From assembly GCA_973895155.1 (NCBI GenBank), contig OZ316893.1, forward strand, positions 372,001-436,000: DNA of 64,000 nt, given 5' to 3'. Source of the stretch: Marsupella aquatica. Lineage: Eukaryota > Plantae > Marchantiophyta. Position 1 is the first letter of the stretch. Each line of letters opens with the position of its first letter. A model generated the notes under the pieces. That model worked only from the letters and a program-made list of their open reading frames with translations, was not told the origin of the DNA and did no database searches. The position numbers and the translations under genes were made by a program. Positions 39,132 through 51,800 of the stretch are shown piece by piece.

Positions 39132-39232
39132 TGTGACACTATTTGACTTCTGACCAGAATTAGTGTCACACACTCTAATTACCATGACTTACCTTAAATA
39201 TAACCTCACAGTAATTAGAGTGTGTGAGACTA
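39132..39232. repeat. Inverted repeat / hairpin
   Basis: 39161-39182 and 39211-39232 match as reverse complements at 21/22 bp; extra 10-bp arm at 39132-39141. Confidence 0.85.
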
Positions 39233-40353
39233 AATACTGTAAAGAGGGTAGTTGGGGCTAGAGACATTAAACGTAGAGATAATAGGGCGATGACGGTGGC
39301 CTGTTGCGATGATTCGGAGAGACAAAGCCCTGTCGAGTCGCTGATAAGGATCCTGGGGGAAATTTGTACGGTCTTGTCTGGATCTTGTCAGGGTCTTGTC
39401 AGGAGGCGGGGTGTATACCTATATGTAATTTGCCTTTTAAGTCTGTCTACACACAGCGGCAAAGATCAAATCAAAGCACACATTCTCGATGTCATCTGCA
39501 GTCTACAAGCAGTCTACAAGCAAGTTTAGGTTCAATCTTGTCCCCAGTGACACCGTGAACTGTTTTTCAAAACTAAAAGTGAAATGCAAGTGAAACCCAG
39601 TAATTCACAGTCGGTCAGGGGCGGTGAGTGTGGGAAAGCCTGCCCTGAAAGAAGAGGCTCGAGTAAGCCCCAAAATGTGTAAACACAGGGCAACATTCCG
39701 GTGAATCCGGTAGGCTGGGGTTTAGGTTGGGGGGAGAACCGAGGCACATTTAAACCACGCATCGCGGTATAAAAGCCCCCACAGACTTTCCGGCCTGTAA
39801 CATTATTACTGTATCCGTAGCGGCCACCATATCTGCCGCCCGGGATGATTCGTATCTCTGGATCACAAATACCTGGAAAGAGAATCGTCGCCGTACACAT
39901 CTGAGCAGGCAGCCGCCAAAATTCAATCCTGAGGTTCGAGCATACTCATCTACATGCAGAAGGAAGGAACACAGTCAATGCACAGGTCAGGGCATAGACC
40001 ATCAGTACTTCCTTCGTACACGACCAATCGTAAGCGGGAAGGAACTTGGACGTTGTGGGCGGTGTGTATAGATTGTGAGTAAGGGATTACCAAAGCAGTG
40101 GGCCAAACTTTGGACAAGAGTTCCAGACCACAAAGTTCCCCTCGGAGAAGTGCTCTTCGTTGTTGGAAGGCTAGGTGTATGGGGGAAAACTGTGAACAGT
40201 CGGACAGGAAATCGGATTGTGAAAAGAGGTAGTGGGAGATTTAGCTTGAACCCGAGCTCAATTTGCAATTCCGGGAAGTCAGAAAGAGACCCCTTGCTTT
40301 GACCGAAACGGCTTCGGTGCAAAATCGGTTGTCGTTGGAGCTGCAAAATCGTG

Positions 40354-42724
40354 ATGGACAGAAACAAAAAGGTAACTGTTGCTCCGAGTAAGAAGATGAG
40401 ACAAGAACCACCACCGTCATGCCGAATCATCTATGCCAGCATACCTCATGCAGAGGAAGCCATGGATCGGTTGCGAGCAAATTTAACCACGATGGGCCTT
40501 GTGAATTTGATTCGTGTGCCATGGGGCATGAAGTCGAGCGCTATCGTGGAGGAAGTGTGGATGCAAGGCATGGGAAGAGAATCCAAAGGTACAACAATTC
40601 GTGGAAACCCTGATCAGTGGACTGAGAATCTCATTGCTGAGGTCTATGATTTGAAGTCGAAAGGAGAAGGTATGTTGAGATGCATTGATTTGACTGGACC
40701 TTACTTTGCAGGAAAGAAAAATGTATGTATCGGCTGGAATCTGGAACAATGTGCTGATACATTGAACCTCCTACCTTTGCTGGAATTTCTGGTTCCTATT
40801 TTAAATCCGGAACGTCAGAATAGAGCACCCGTAGCTCTGGCCAGCACCATCATCGCTTCCTGGAAGGGACTGAAGGTGATCAACTGGGCGAATATGCTCT
40901 GCGCCATGATCAAGACGCAGATGTTGTCAATGAGGTCTGGTTCCTTCACTTGGATTGCTGTTTACCTTTCCCATGTGTACGCGCACAAGAAATGTTTGAC
41001 AGCACCCGAGTTGATTGAGTGGAAGCTTCATCTTGCCTACCTGGAGAATGGAGAGAGGGATCCCGATGCGGATACCATGCCCGAATCGGAAGGCGAATCA
41101 AGCGAAGACGAGCCCGGTGAATCGGAGGACGAGGCAAAAGTCGAGGTGAACCAGGAAAATCCCCGATGGGCCGTCTTCCTAAAGGAAAGTGAAGCGCTGT
41201 CTAAAATCTCTATGACCCAGTCAAAAATTCTATCTGAATTAACTAGCTTCATCGGCTGTCCACCGGATCAATTGCTCAGCAAGTTTCAGGAATTTTCTTT
41301 CATTTCCGTCGAAGAGTTTACCAAGATAGATAAGGACAGATCGGATGCTCTGATACGTGTGGGAACTCTGACTGCCGAGAAATTCAATCTCCAAGAGAAA
41401 TTCCAGATTCGTGTGGAAGCTCTGTCCGCGGAGGACCTCGATCTCCAAGAGAAATTACGATGTGCTACTGCCAGGAGTTCTCATGTTTCTTTTACTCTAG
41501 ATCGGGCTCTAGATAAGCTGCGACCTCTGTTGGATGTTCCAGCGATTGACCTGATGAAAGCAAAGTTGTTTGATGAAGCACTCATGCAGCTCGATCACAA
41601 TGTAGCCGATAGAGTCCTTAGATGCGCTACCAGCTTTGCATCTACAGTTCAAGTTTATTATGGTGCCATGAGTGACCTACACAAGGACTTCATGCGTACG
41701 GATCCGGGAGGAGATTCAGATGTGCTACTAGGTAAGAAGCGGAAGTTGGATTTTCTTTCTGCTGCTGTGATTGCTGCTACTTCATCCCGATCACAATGTG
41801 AGTCTACAGCGAAAATGTCTGTAGGCCCACCTTCCGTACCATCACCTACTTCCTCTGTCTGTGCGTCCCTAGCACCTGCTGCTGAGCTTTCGAAGCTTCC
41901 GGCCGCGAGTGTGTCATTGAAGAAGGAGGAGGATGAGAATTTTAGGCGGAAGTTCACTTTGTTCAGGCAAGAAGCTTCCCGATTTGAGATGCCAATCTTG
42001 GAGTTTTGGCGCTACTATTACCATCGTGTTTTAGAGATTTCTGTGGTGCTCAACATTGTTCCTGGTGGTTCAGTCACCCTCGAGCATTGCGATCTAGAGA
42101 GATACTGGACATTGTGTAAACAATATCGACCTCTACTCGCTTTTATGTTGCTGTACGGTGATCTGTCCGTGAAAAAGGTTGAGGCTGCCTTTGCCTACTT
42201 TGGCAACTTGCCTTTGTACTCGCTGCAATTCATTGTTGAATTCTTGGAGCAGACTAATGCCCAGGCTACTGTCGTCATTCCTACTAGCCCTGTGCATTCG
42301 GTTTCACCTCAGCTGTCTGCTACGGAGAAGCATACCATATGGGGTACAATTGCTGCTCAACGCAGGCTAGCACACTGCGAGCACTACAGGAACACTATGG
42401 AGTCCCTTAGCCCTTTTGTCGATACTTGGAAGGACGAACATAAATTTCACAGCTTACCCCTCTTCTCATTATCATTCCTGTTCACGCATTGATTTGATCC
42501 GAATCTGGATGGAAGCTGCTCGAGTACATCAGATGTTCACAGAAAATGAGTTGCCAAATCTGAACCGGTTGAGGCAGATTTGCTCCTTACCGTTTGCTGC
42601 TCACTATCCTGCCGTCCGTGGCTTGGTGGAGAAATGCCTGGTCGAAAACTCGTTCGCTTCCCCTCCGTTCGATACCTTTGAGTCAGGCACCACTGTTGTT
42701 GGATTCGATGCTGATGCGGTGTAG
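40354..42724 (+). pseudogene. Retroelement accessory-type protein (globular domain, acidic linker, coiled coil), one frameshift near 42450
   Basis: MGLVNLIRVPW..IRGNPDQWTENLIAEVYDL..INWANML..YLSHVY parallels SGLEAFVRLPW..VIAEVFGL of the LTR ORF; ORFs 40351-42492 and 42416-42724 overlap. Confidence 0.7.
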
Positions 42725-43898
42725 TTCCATGGCAATCTTCATGCTCTGGTTTTTACTCGAATTCAACATTTTTTTGCATCCAGACATATTTTCATGTAGT
42801 TTTATATGACTGTACTGTACTTATGTAGTTCATTCCTCATAGTTACGAGAGTTTAGTTTTCCTCGGTGTGTCCTTCCGGATCACGCTTTCCACACATACT
42901 CCTTGTGGGACGTCAGAGTGCTATACCAGTGAGTCCTACACTTTTGTAATTGTGCAACTTCTCGACCATGTAGGTCACTTCTTTTTGTAGAATGATGTAT
43001 GTACTCGCAAGAATCAGGCGATTTTCCCGTTGCCTCTATGATTCGAATATGGTTTGGAAATAAAAACCTCAGTCTTTGTTTTCATTTGCCATACATTAAT
43101 GAGATGTTATTTTGCGCGTTGGTTATGACTAGACGAATATATTATGATGAATAGAGTGCAGTGCGTGTGTGATGGGGATGAATAGTATGTCAGGTGATGA
43201 GGATGAGGGTTTCCAATTTACTTGTACAAGTAACGTGTTCTGTAGCTCCTTTGGAGTAAGTGATTATTGACCCGTAACCTCTACAGCCGGTTCGCATCTG
43301 GAATCAAAAAAAGTACTGAGTGTCACTAGAGGCGCCTGGACCCCATTCTTTGGGGATCACGTGTGTAAATTCTGCTGGAACCAAAAAAAAGCTATATGTG
43401 TAATCAGAGGGTCCTCCGAACCCCACTTTTGGGGAGGTTGTGTATTCAAAAGCTTGGGGCGAGTTTCGAACCCGGCATCTGAGGCGCCCCATTCTTTCCC
43501 TCTACCAGTAGCCCAGGTATACAGGTTAGAGGTCCGTTAAGGTCATCAATGTTATCTTCCATTTTTAGGTGCTTTAGGCTGCTGCCACGTTAGCCTTTTT
43601 GGCCTTGATTATATTTCATTAAAAATAGATTGTATGTATACATACGGTCTTTAAGCTTTTTTCCTTGGGGTATGCGTCGTGCAAGTTACAACTTCAGATC
43701 TGAACGGACAGTCACGATGCATTTTGCTCTTGCTAAAGTCTGTTTAATCAGTGTTTCCTTCCTTAAGGAACAGCTAAAATACCTGGGTTTATGCCTTTAT
43801 GGGATACAAAGTCTCCCGTATATATGTAGGTCTCCCCACATACCCTAAACGGCTAAACGTTTATATCCCGTAAAAGGGATACCCCTGGTCACTTTATG

Positions 43899-43924
43899 GT
43901 ATACAGTGGGTACCCACTGTATAC
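43899..43924. repeat. Perfect 26-bp palindrome GTATACAGTGGGTACCCACTGTATAC
   Basis: Self-reverse-complementary. Confidence 0.95.
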
Positions 43925-44228
43925 GTCCCGTTCAGGGTGGACGGTGGCGGGTGTATGAGCACGGTGCATTTACGTTGACAGGGAAATGCAATCCAGCCCG
44001 CGTAATCCAGACGACAAGCTTGGGCGTGCTAATAATAATGTGGAACAGTCATAGTTACTGTGCCGATTCCGGCTGTACGTGTTGCTATCATTATTGCACA
44101 GTTGGACGTCCCTTTACTACGCACTGTACGTGTCAGTAGTTAAAAAACCGTGAACAGGGTCCAGCCGTCCAGTGCTAATGGGCTATGATCTACAGCAATA
44201 GTAGTCGCGAATCTTCGTCACTTGACTT

Positions 44229-47200
44229 TGTGGTGCATCCCATGGCTCCCTAAACCCAAGAAACCCCCCAGCTCAAGCCGATTCCCGCAGGTTTCGTGCT
44301 TGGCGAGGCCGTTTCCGCGGCTTAGCGGCATGGGACGCTGCTAACCTTCTACTACTACTATTAACATTTTACACACATATACTGGACAGATCCTTCATCG
44401 GGTCATGAGATACGTAGCCGGCCTAATATAGGCCTTCCCCTGTCTTCCCCTGTCTTCCCCTCCGTCTTGTTAGGTATGTTTGGATTCCGCCGCCGGAATG
44501 ATCCCCAATAGGCTTGGTTAAGCCGCTAAGACCTCTCTCAGCTCGACACATCCAACTCTCACTCCCCTGCTTACTTTCCTTCCTTCTGTTGATGTGGGCA
44601 CTCTTCACACAAGTTAATGCGACACACAAATAGCAAAATGACTCATTCTGACTGAGTCATACCATGCACTTGCCATACAAACAGTACATCTCATACACAA
44701 GTTCTGCGAACTAAGCCGTGAGGCCAACTCTATTCAGCTCTTAGGCATGAGGAAACATGAATATACACAAGGGTCACTGTATGACTAACCGAGAGCTTCT
44801 CGTACTACTTGATCCCAGCCCGGCTGGTGCAAACTAAAAACTTGCTAAAGAAGAGGCCCTGAGCTCCCCGCTGCCCAGGTACTTATCCTGGTAGTGGATC
44901 CGCCATTCTTTGCATCGTAAGCCTAATCTACCTGACAGTAATCTACTTGCCCGAATCTACCTATGTACAGCAAGGCAGGAGCACAAGTGTTGCTCCTACC
45001 AGTGGAACCGCAATCCCACTAAGCTAAGTGTCAGGGCCGCTCCTGGTTCTAATCCTAATCCTAAACGTGGAGATCCGCGCCCGCCCTGCCCACTCACGCC
45101 TCCTCCCTCCACGTCCGCCCTCCCTAAAAGGAACGGCGCCTTGCACCGTCACGACACCGGTGGTGGATCCTCAATGGACGCCCCCAACACTTCCTCCTCA
45201 GCCACTGCCGTTGGCCCGCCTACTGACAGATTACCTGCCCTTGACCGAGTCAACTCTCCCTCGGCCTGACTGGGTCCACCTTCGGCTTCAGCCTCGACAC
45301 CGGCCTCGGCAATACCCACGGCTTCGGCCTCAGCCACTCCCACGGCTTCGGCTTCAGCCACTCCCTCGGCTTCGGCCTCCCCTTCCCCTAGGGTAGTTGG
45401 ATCCTTAGCCGTGACCCTATCTGGGGTCGGTGCTGGGTCTACCTCCTTGATCACCACGGCCTGTGAAGTCGTATTACTCCTTGACCCTGAAGGTTTCCGC
45501 TTCTTCTTCGTTGGTGGCTCGGCAGCTGGTCCCTTCCCCTTCCCACTTACTTCCGGCACTGGTGCAGGTGGCGCGGCTTGTCCTTCGGCAATTACCACCC
45601 CTGGTAACTGGTTTGTCCCAACGGGAGATGGACCTGCTGCAGCTAAGCATTTAAATACTGCGGCTTGTTTCTTCAGCCGCTCTGTTTGGTTGTCGGCCCG
45701 CCGCTGTAGGTTCTCCATCTTCCTCGTGATTTCCTCCAACTCCTCTTGGGTTTCATCCAGGTCCTTACGTGCCCCCTCCAGCTCATTTTTGGCCTCCTCC
45801 TGCTCCCTGTGGGCTTCCTCCAATTCCTTCTTCAAGGTAGCCCTCTCCTCCCGGGTTGCTCTTAGCTCCTTGTCGAGCTCTGCAATGATGACAGACTCCA
45901 TCTGGTTCATCTTGGCGTAAGTCTGTTCGAGCATCTCGTCCTTCTCCCTTAGGTCGGCCTTGAAGCTGGCCGTCAGGGACGCAAGCTCCTGCTGCAGCGC
46001 CATAATCCCTTGATAGGATTTCCCTAACTCGGCCTCCTTCTGCTCAAGGGCTCCGCGGATTTTCTCGAGCTCCCCTTTCAACGCCCATTCCTTTCTTTGG
46101 GTCTCCGCCATGGCCCGGCTGTTGGCTGTTATGTGGGCCTCCTCTGTATTCTTCAGCTCTTGCTTCCACTTCTCCCTCTCTTTGATCGTGTCGGCCAACT
46201 CTTCCTGCGTCTGAGTCAGTTTATCCTTGATATTCTGATTATCAGCCTGCGCGGTGTCCAACTGCCCCTGCATGATGTTCAGCTCATGTCGTTTAATCCG
46301 CAGTTCATCTTGGGCTTTCTTGGCCGCCCTTAGATCTTCAATCTCGGCTTCCATCCTCCTAAGCCGCCGAATGACCTCGTCCTTCTTGCTTCTCTCTAAA
46401 GCCACCGCTTCTTCTAATTGGTGCTTCTCCAACTGCTCCCTATGGAAAAAGGGTCCTACCTCCAACTCCTCTCCAAAGATGCCGAGCGCAAGTTCCCCAC
46501 ACATCTCACCATACTCCATGGCTCTATTCTTAGCGTAGGTGGAGTAAGTAGAAGTGATCGGCATCGCCCATCGTGGCCTCTGCTCCCAAGCCGTCCTGCG
46601 GATCTCTTCAATCGTGGCTAGAGGTTTGCTTCCTTTTTCGGCTAGCCGCCTGATGTCCTCCGGCCAATCTCCTCCTGGTAAATCCTTTTCCTTAGCCAGG
46701 GCGGCCTCCTCCTCCTGCTTGATTCGCTCCTGAAATTCCTGCACCGTCTGTTTTATGCCGTCGAAGCTCGGGGGAGCAACATCTGGTGGGGGAGACTCAG
46801 GGCTACTCTGCTGGTTGGGGTCCCCTCACACTACCCTTGGAAGTGTGGGGACAAACCGGCCACAGGTCCTTACTCCTGGAACGTGATGGTCCGACCCATA
46901 GCCGGAATTATCATGGCTGCAGTCCTCCACTGCCTCCTCTACCTCTTGGACGTCCGGCTTCTCCCTCTCCTCTTCGTCGGTAGGAGCTTCAGGCAATTCT
47001 GCCTCAGATTCGGAGCTTGAGGTTCCCACGTACATTCGAACATCTGGCTTGGATTCCGGCCTGATTCTCTCCTTGTCTCCAGCAAAGGGGTTTTCTCTTG
47101 TGAGCCGGTGTAGGCCTACCTCTGTAGTAGTGTCCTGCATTTTTGCCGTTGCCGTTGTTGTTGCCGATGCCGATTTCTTTTCTTTCTCCAGTAGTTTCAG

Positions 47201-48887
47201 CAGACTCTGCATGCCTGGTTGCTGCATCGGCAAGTCCTCCTTCCTGGGCCTAAACACCTGCTCGATCGTAGGACTAACAGGTGGTTGAGGCTTCTCAGCC
47301 AACGGCCTCGGCGTTGGAGCTTCCTCGGGTGCCCTTACCTGTAGGGGAAGTACCGGGGCAAAAGTCTGACTTCTGGCATACCGGCACAACAGCGGCATGT
47401 GATAGCCAAGCCGCGACACGCTCCCCATGCTGATTACCTGCTGCTCCTCCTTTAAGATCTTCTTCAATTGGTTGAGGAGGTACCCGTTGTAGTCCCGGCT
47501 TGGGTCTGGCCTTTCTGCCAGATAGACCTGTGCCTTGCCGATCTCTGCCCTCGGCAAGTTACAATGCATGGTCACCCGCAAGAAGTCGATCATCTCTCCT
47601 ATGTGCAGGTTGGTGCAGGTGTTCCGGAAGAAGCCATTCTTCGTTGATGGCCCGGGGAACGACCGGAACTCCTTGTCAGGCAAGGTCTTCCTGGTATCAA
47701 CTTTGGTCTTATTGCCTATCGGCAGGCCAAACACTTCGGCAATTACCTTGGGAGTAAGATAGAAATCCTTCCCATATATCCTCGTGCAATTGGTCTCGGG
47801 TTCCCATGACCCCACAAATTCTAATAGGTCTGACTCCGGTACCTCCGGCTTCAGCCATGGTAATCTTACAAAGGCCTCCAAGCCGGATCCGGCCATGAAG
47901 CCTTGGTACTTCTTGGTCTGCATGGCCGTAAAGCATGCATCCTCCTCCCGTGCAAAATGTAGTTGCACCTCCACCGGTAGGGTTGCCGCCCAGCCCTTCC
48001 AGGTGTCATCCCTGGTTGGAATGGCCTTGATGGGATCGACCTCCTCCTCTTCGGCTTCTCCCTGCCTCCTGCTCTGCTGCTCGGCTGGCTTCTTTGGTGC
48101 CGCCGACCTCGTTCTTTTTGCCGGGGTGGCTTCATTGTTGACGGCTCCCTTCCTCTTCATCTCTGCTGCCGTGGAGGTTTCTCCTAGCACCGTTGCCTGG
48201 GTCCACCTTTCCGTGCTACCCTTTAATTCCCAGTGTATGTTGTTGCAGTTCTTGATGGCCTCTCGGATGCCGACGACGCTGTCTTTGCAAAACAGAAGAT
48301 CGTCGAGTTGATTGGAAGTAGGCGTCCACAGGAACTCGTCCTTGATGAGTTCGCCTCCTAAGAAAGCCGTCTTCTGCAGCTCCCACAATCGAGCGAGCTC
48401 CTGCCGTTCTCGAGCTGCCCTTTCTGATTCCTCGTCCTCGTAAGTCTTGATGTACTCAGTTGCCCGTTCGAACAGGCATCCCCAGAAATGTGCCGCTTGA
48501 TTGACGTTGCTCATACCCTCCTTAGGTTGATCGTCGGTATCTACTCTCTCCCCGAGTGCTTGCCTAAGCAGCTGACAGTAGTTGGCCTCCCGTAGTCGTC
48601 TGCCTAGTTCGTGCTCGCAAATGAGCCACCATCTCCTGCAAGCGCTCCTTACCCCTCTCCTTTGCCGGTCCTTCTTCCCGTTGATCCTTCCTAGCCGCCG
48701 ACGCTTAACGCGCCCTAACCCTAATCGGGTTTTCACCCTTAGCCTTACCTCCGGCCTCGGCCCGGGTTCCATGGTTGCCCCTAATTGTTTATATTTTCCT
48801 TGTTTTGTCACTATACTAAGGTGTTCCTAGGGTGCCTTCCTGCTTTACCCACTTAACCGGCCGAGTGATTCCTGTCTAGGCATCACA
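44229..48887 (-). repeat. 3' LTR of copy B (4,659 bp)
   Basis: Near-identical to 54540-59198; bounded by PPT and TSD. Confidence 0.97.
45149..48772 (-). pseudogene. LTR-encoded ~1,207-aa accessory protein, one premature stop
   Basis: ATG 48772; ORFs 46826-48811 and 45149-46744 are in frame, separated by CGA>TGA at 46826-46828. Confidence 0.93.
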
Positions 48888-51800
48888 TAGCTCCCCACTT
48901 AATTGTGAAGCGTCCTCGCGAACAACTTCATCTTCGTCCATATAGTATTTCTTGAGGCGGTCATAATGGATGCGAACTGGATATACCTCTCCCGTAATGT
49001 TGGCCAATTGTACGGAGCCATTGGGGAACATCATGGTTACTCTAAAGGGTCCTAACCAGCGAGTGTAAAGCTTTCCTGGAAACCTACTATACCTACTGTC
49101 ATAAAGTAGCACAAGATCACCGGTATGAATACTAACTACTTTTAACCTTTTATCATACTGCTGCTTCATGATATTCTGTCTATATTCTACTCTCTCGGCT
49201 GAAATCATTCTCGCTTCCTCTAAAGCTTCTAACCTATATTCTCGCTCCTTTAGGCTCTCCTCCGCTGAGGCTCTTTCCTCAATTGTAACTTGAAATGTCG
49301 GTATCTCAAGTTGCATGGGTACCAGGGCTTCTTGTCCAAAGGTTAAGAAGAAGGGTGTATGACCGGTAGTGGATTTATAGGCAAGATTGTAAGCAAAAAC
49401 AGCAGCAAACAATTTATCATCCCAATCGAGTTTGTTCTGAGCTACTGTCTTGTTCAATATCTTTCCTATAATTCCGTTTGCTCGTTCTGTCAACCCGTTT
49501 GCCTTTGGATGGTAGGGAGTAGTAGGCCTATGTTTAACTAAATACTGCTCATTTAAACGACTAATTATATCATTCAAAAAATGGGTTCCTCTATCACTAA
49601 CTAATTCTAGGGGTGCTCCATACCTGGTGAAGATCTGCTCATACATGAATCTAGCCGTAGTAATTGCATCATCCTTCGTTGTTGGTCTGGCCTCTACCCA
49701 TTTAGTTGCATAATCCGTAGCCAGGATTATGTACTTGTACCGTCGAGGGTGGGTCAGTGGTTTCAGAGGTCCAATGTAATCAATACCCCACTTCTCGAAT
49801 GGTGCCAGAGGTAGAATAGGGTGCAGTGGATGCCTGGTGGACGCCCTTGGTCCTCCCGCTCGTTGACAAGGATCGCATTGTTTGATAAACTGATAGACAT
49901 CTTTGTGCAAGGTGGGCCACCAGTAACCGGCATTTAATATCTTCTTAGACGTGGTTACTGGGGCAAAATGTCCTCCGGCCTCCTCTCCATGCATGGCCCG
50001 TAGGACTCGTTTTACCTCTCTCTTTTCCAAACATCTTTGAATCGTGCCGTTGATTCCATGCTTGTGCAGTATGCCTTTAATGCACTGATACCGTCTGACC
50101 TTCCGCACAAAGACTGCGGCTTGCTCTCGGCTTAATCCTGGCTGTAATCTGGAAGTGCTGAGAAATTGTAAAATCTCAGGGTACCATGTACCAGCTATTT
50201 CCACAACGAATAGCTCCTTGTCGGGGAATCGATCATCGATGCAATCCGTGGCAGGTTTACCTGTGATCCTTGAAAAGAAGTCGGCATTGGCATGTAACTT
50301 TCCCGGCTTGATCCTCAGCTCATAGTCAAACTCCTGTAATAGCAAAATCCATCTTGCTACTCTGCCTGTAAGGTCCGGCTTATTGACTAGGTACTTCAAA
50401 CTTTCATGATCAGTATGAAAGATTACCTTGTACCCTAGTAAATAATGCCTAAACTTTTTACAAGAATAAATGACTCCTAATGCTTCTCTTTCCGTGGTAG
50501 AGTAGTTCCGTTCGGCATCGGCAAGCTGACGGCTTGCGAAGTATATGGGATGGTCCCTTCCTTTCTCATCCAACTGACTTAGTACTGAGCCAATACAGAA
50601 GCCCGAGACATCTACAAAAACATGAAAATCTTTGTTCCAGTCCGGTGCTATCATGACTGGGGCCTCTACTAACATCTGCTTCAATTCTACCACCGCTGTG
50701 ACTCGTTCGGGTGTGGGTTCGAAGTCTGCTCCTGCCTTGAGCATATTGGTTAATGGTAAAGCTAGCTTGGCAAAATCCTTGATGAACCGGCGATAGTAAC
50801 CAATGCATCCCAAGAAGGATCTTACATCCTTTATGTTCTTAGGTTGCATGATATCTAGCCATACTGCTAGCTTACCTTTGTCAATCTCAATGCCCTTCCT
50901 TGATACCTTGTGACCTAGTAGCACCCCCTCGGTTACTGCAAAAAAACATTTATCTGGGTGTAACTTGAGACCCACCTCTCTACATCTCATGAAGGTTTTT
51001 CTGAGGTATTTAGCATGTTTCGATGCCTTCCCGAATACTGCAAAGTCATCAATGAAGATTTCCATGAACTTTCTCAAGTAATCATGAAAAATGTTCACCA
51101 TTAATCGTTGGAACATAGCTGGTGCGTTGCAGAGTCCAAACGGCATACGATTGAAGACATAGATCCCCCATTCCGTGATGAAGGCCGTCTTGATTTGGTC
51201 TTCCTGCCGAATCCTGATTTGGTTATAACCAGAGTATCCATCCATGAATGAATATAGTTCATGACTGGCTACCATGTCTAGTACCATATCAGTAAACGGT
51301 AAAGGAAAATGGTCTTTTAATGTTGCTTCATTCAGCTTCCTGTAATCCTGACAAACCCGGATCTTGGTTTTACCATCGGGTCTAGCTTTCTTGGGAACTA
51401 TCACAATTGGAGACACCCAGTCTGAATGCAGGACTGGAGTGATGAATCCAGCTTCCACTAGTTTGTTGATTTCTGTTTTGACCAGCAGGGAATACTTCGG
51501 GTTCATCCTTCGAATTGGTTGTCGAAATGATTTGGCTCCTAACATGAGATCAATTCGATGTTCCCCTAGTGTTGGATCTACTCCCTTTAGATCTTGGTGA
51601 CTGCATGCAAACACATCCTGAAATTCAATCAATAAGTCACTAATCTCTTTCTCGAGCTCAGGTGCTAGGTTTCTTCCTAAGTTCAGTTCTCTTCCCTCTC
51701 CTAAGTCGAGCTTCCGATATTGCCGTGCTTGGATCATATTAATCTGCGTCTTCAAATTCGGGTCCAGTTCGGCTTCCAGTCTCTCTAATCTCATACCTCC

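Noticed and set aside
44423-44629. 68-aa ORF repeated at 54734-54940
   Set aside because: Non-ATG start, and the frame is not kept in the copy A LTR
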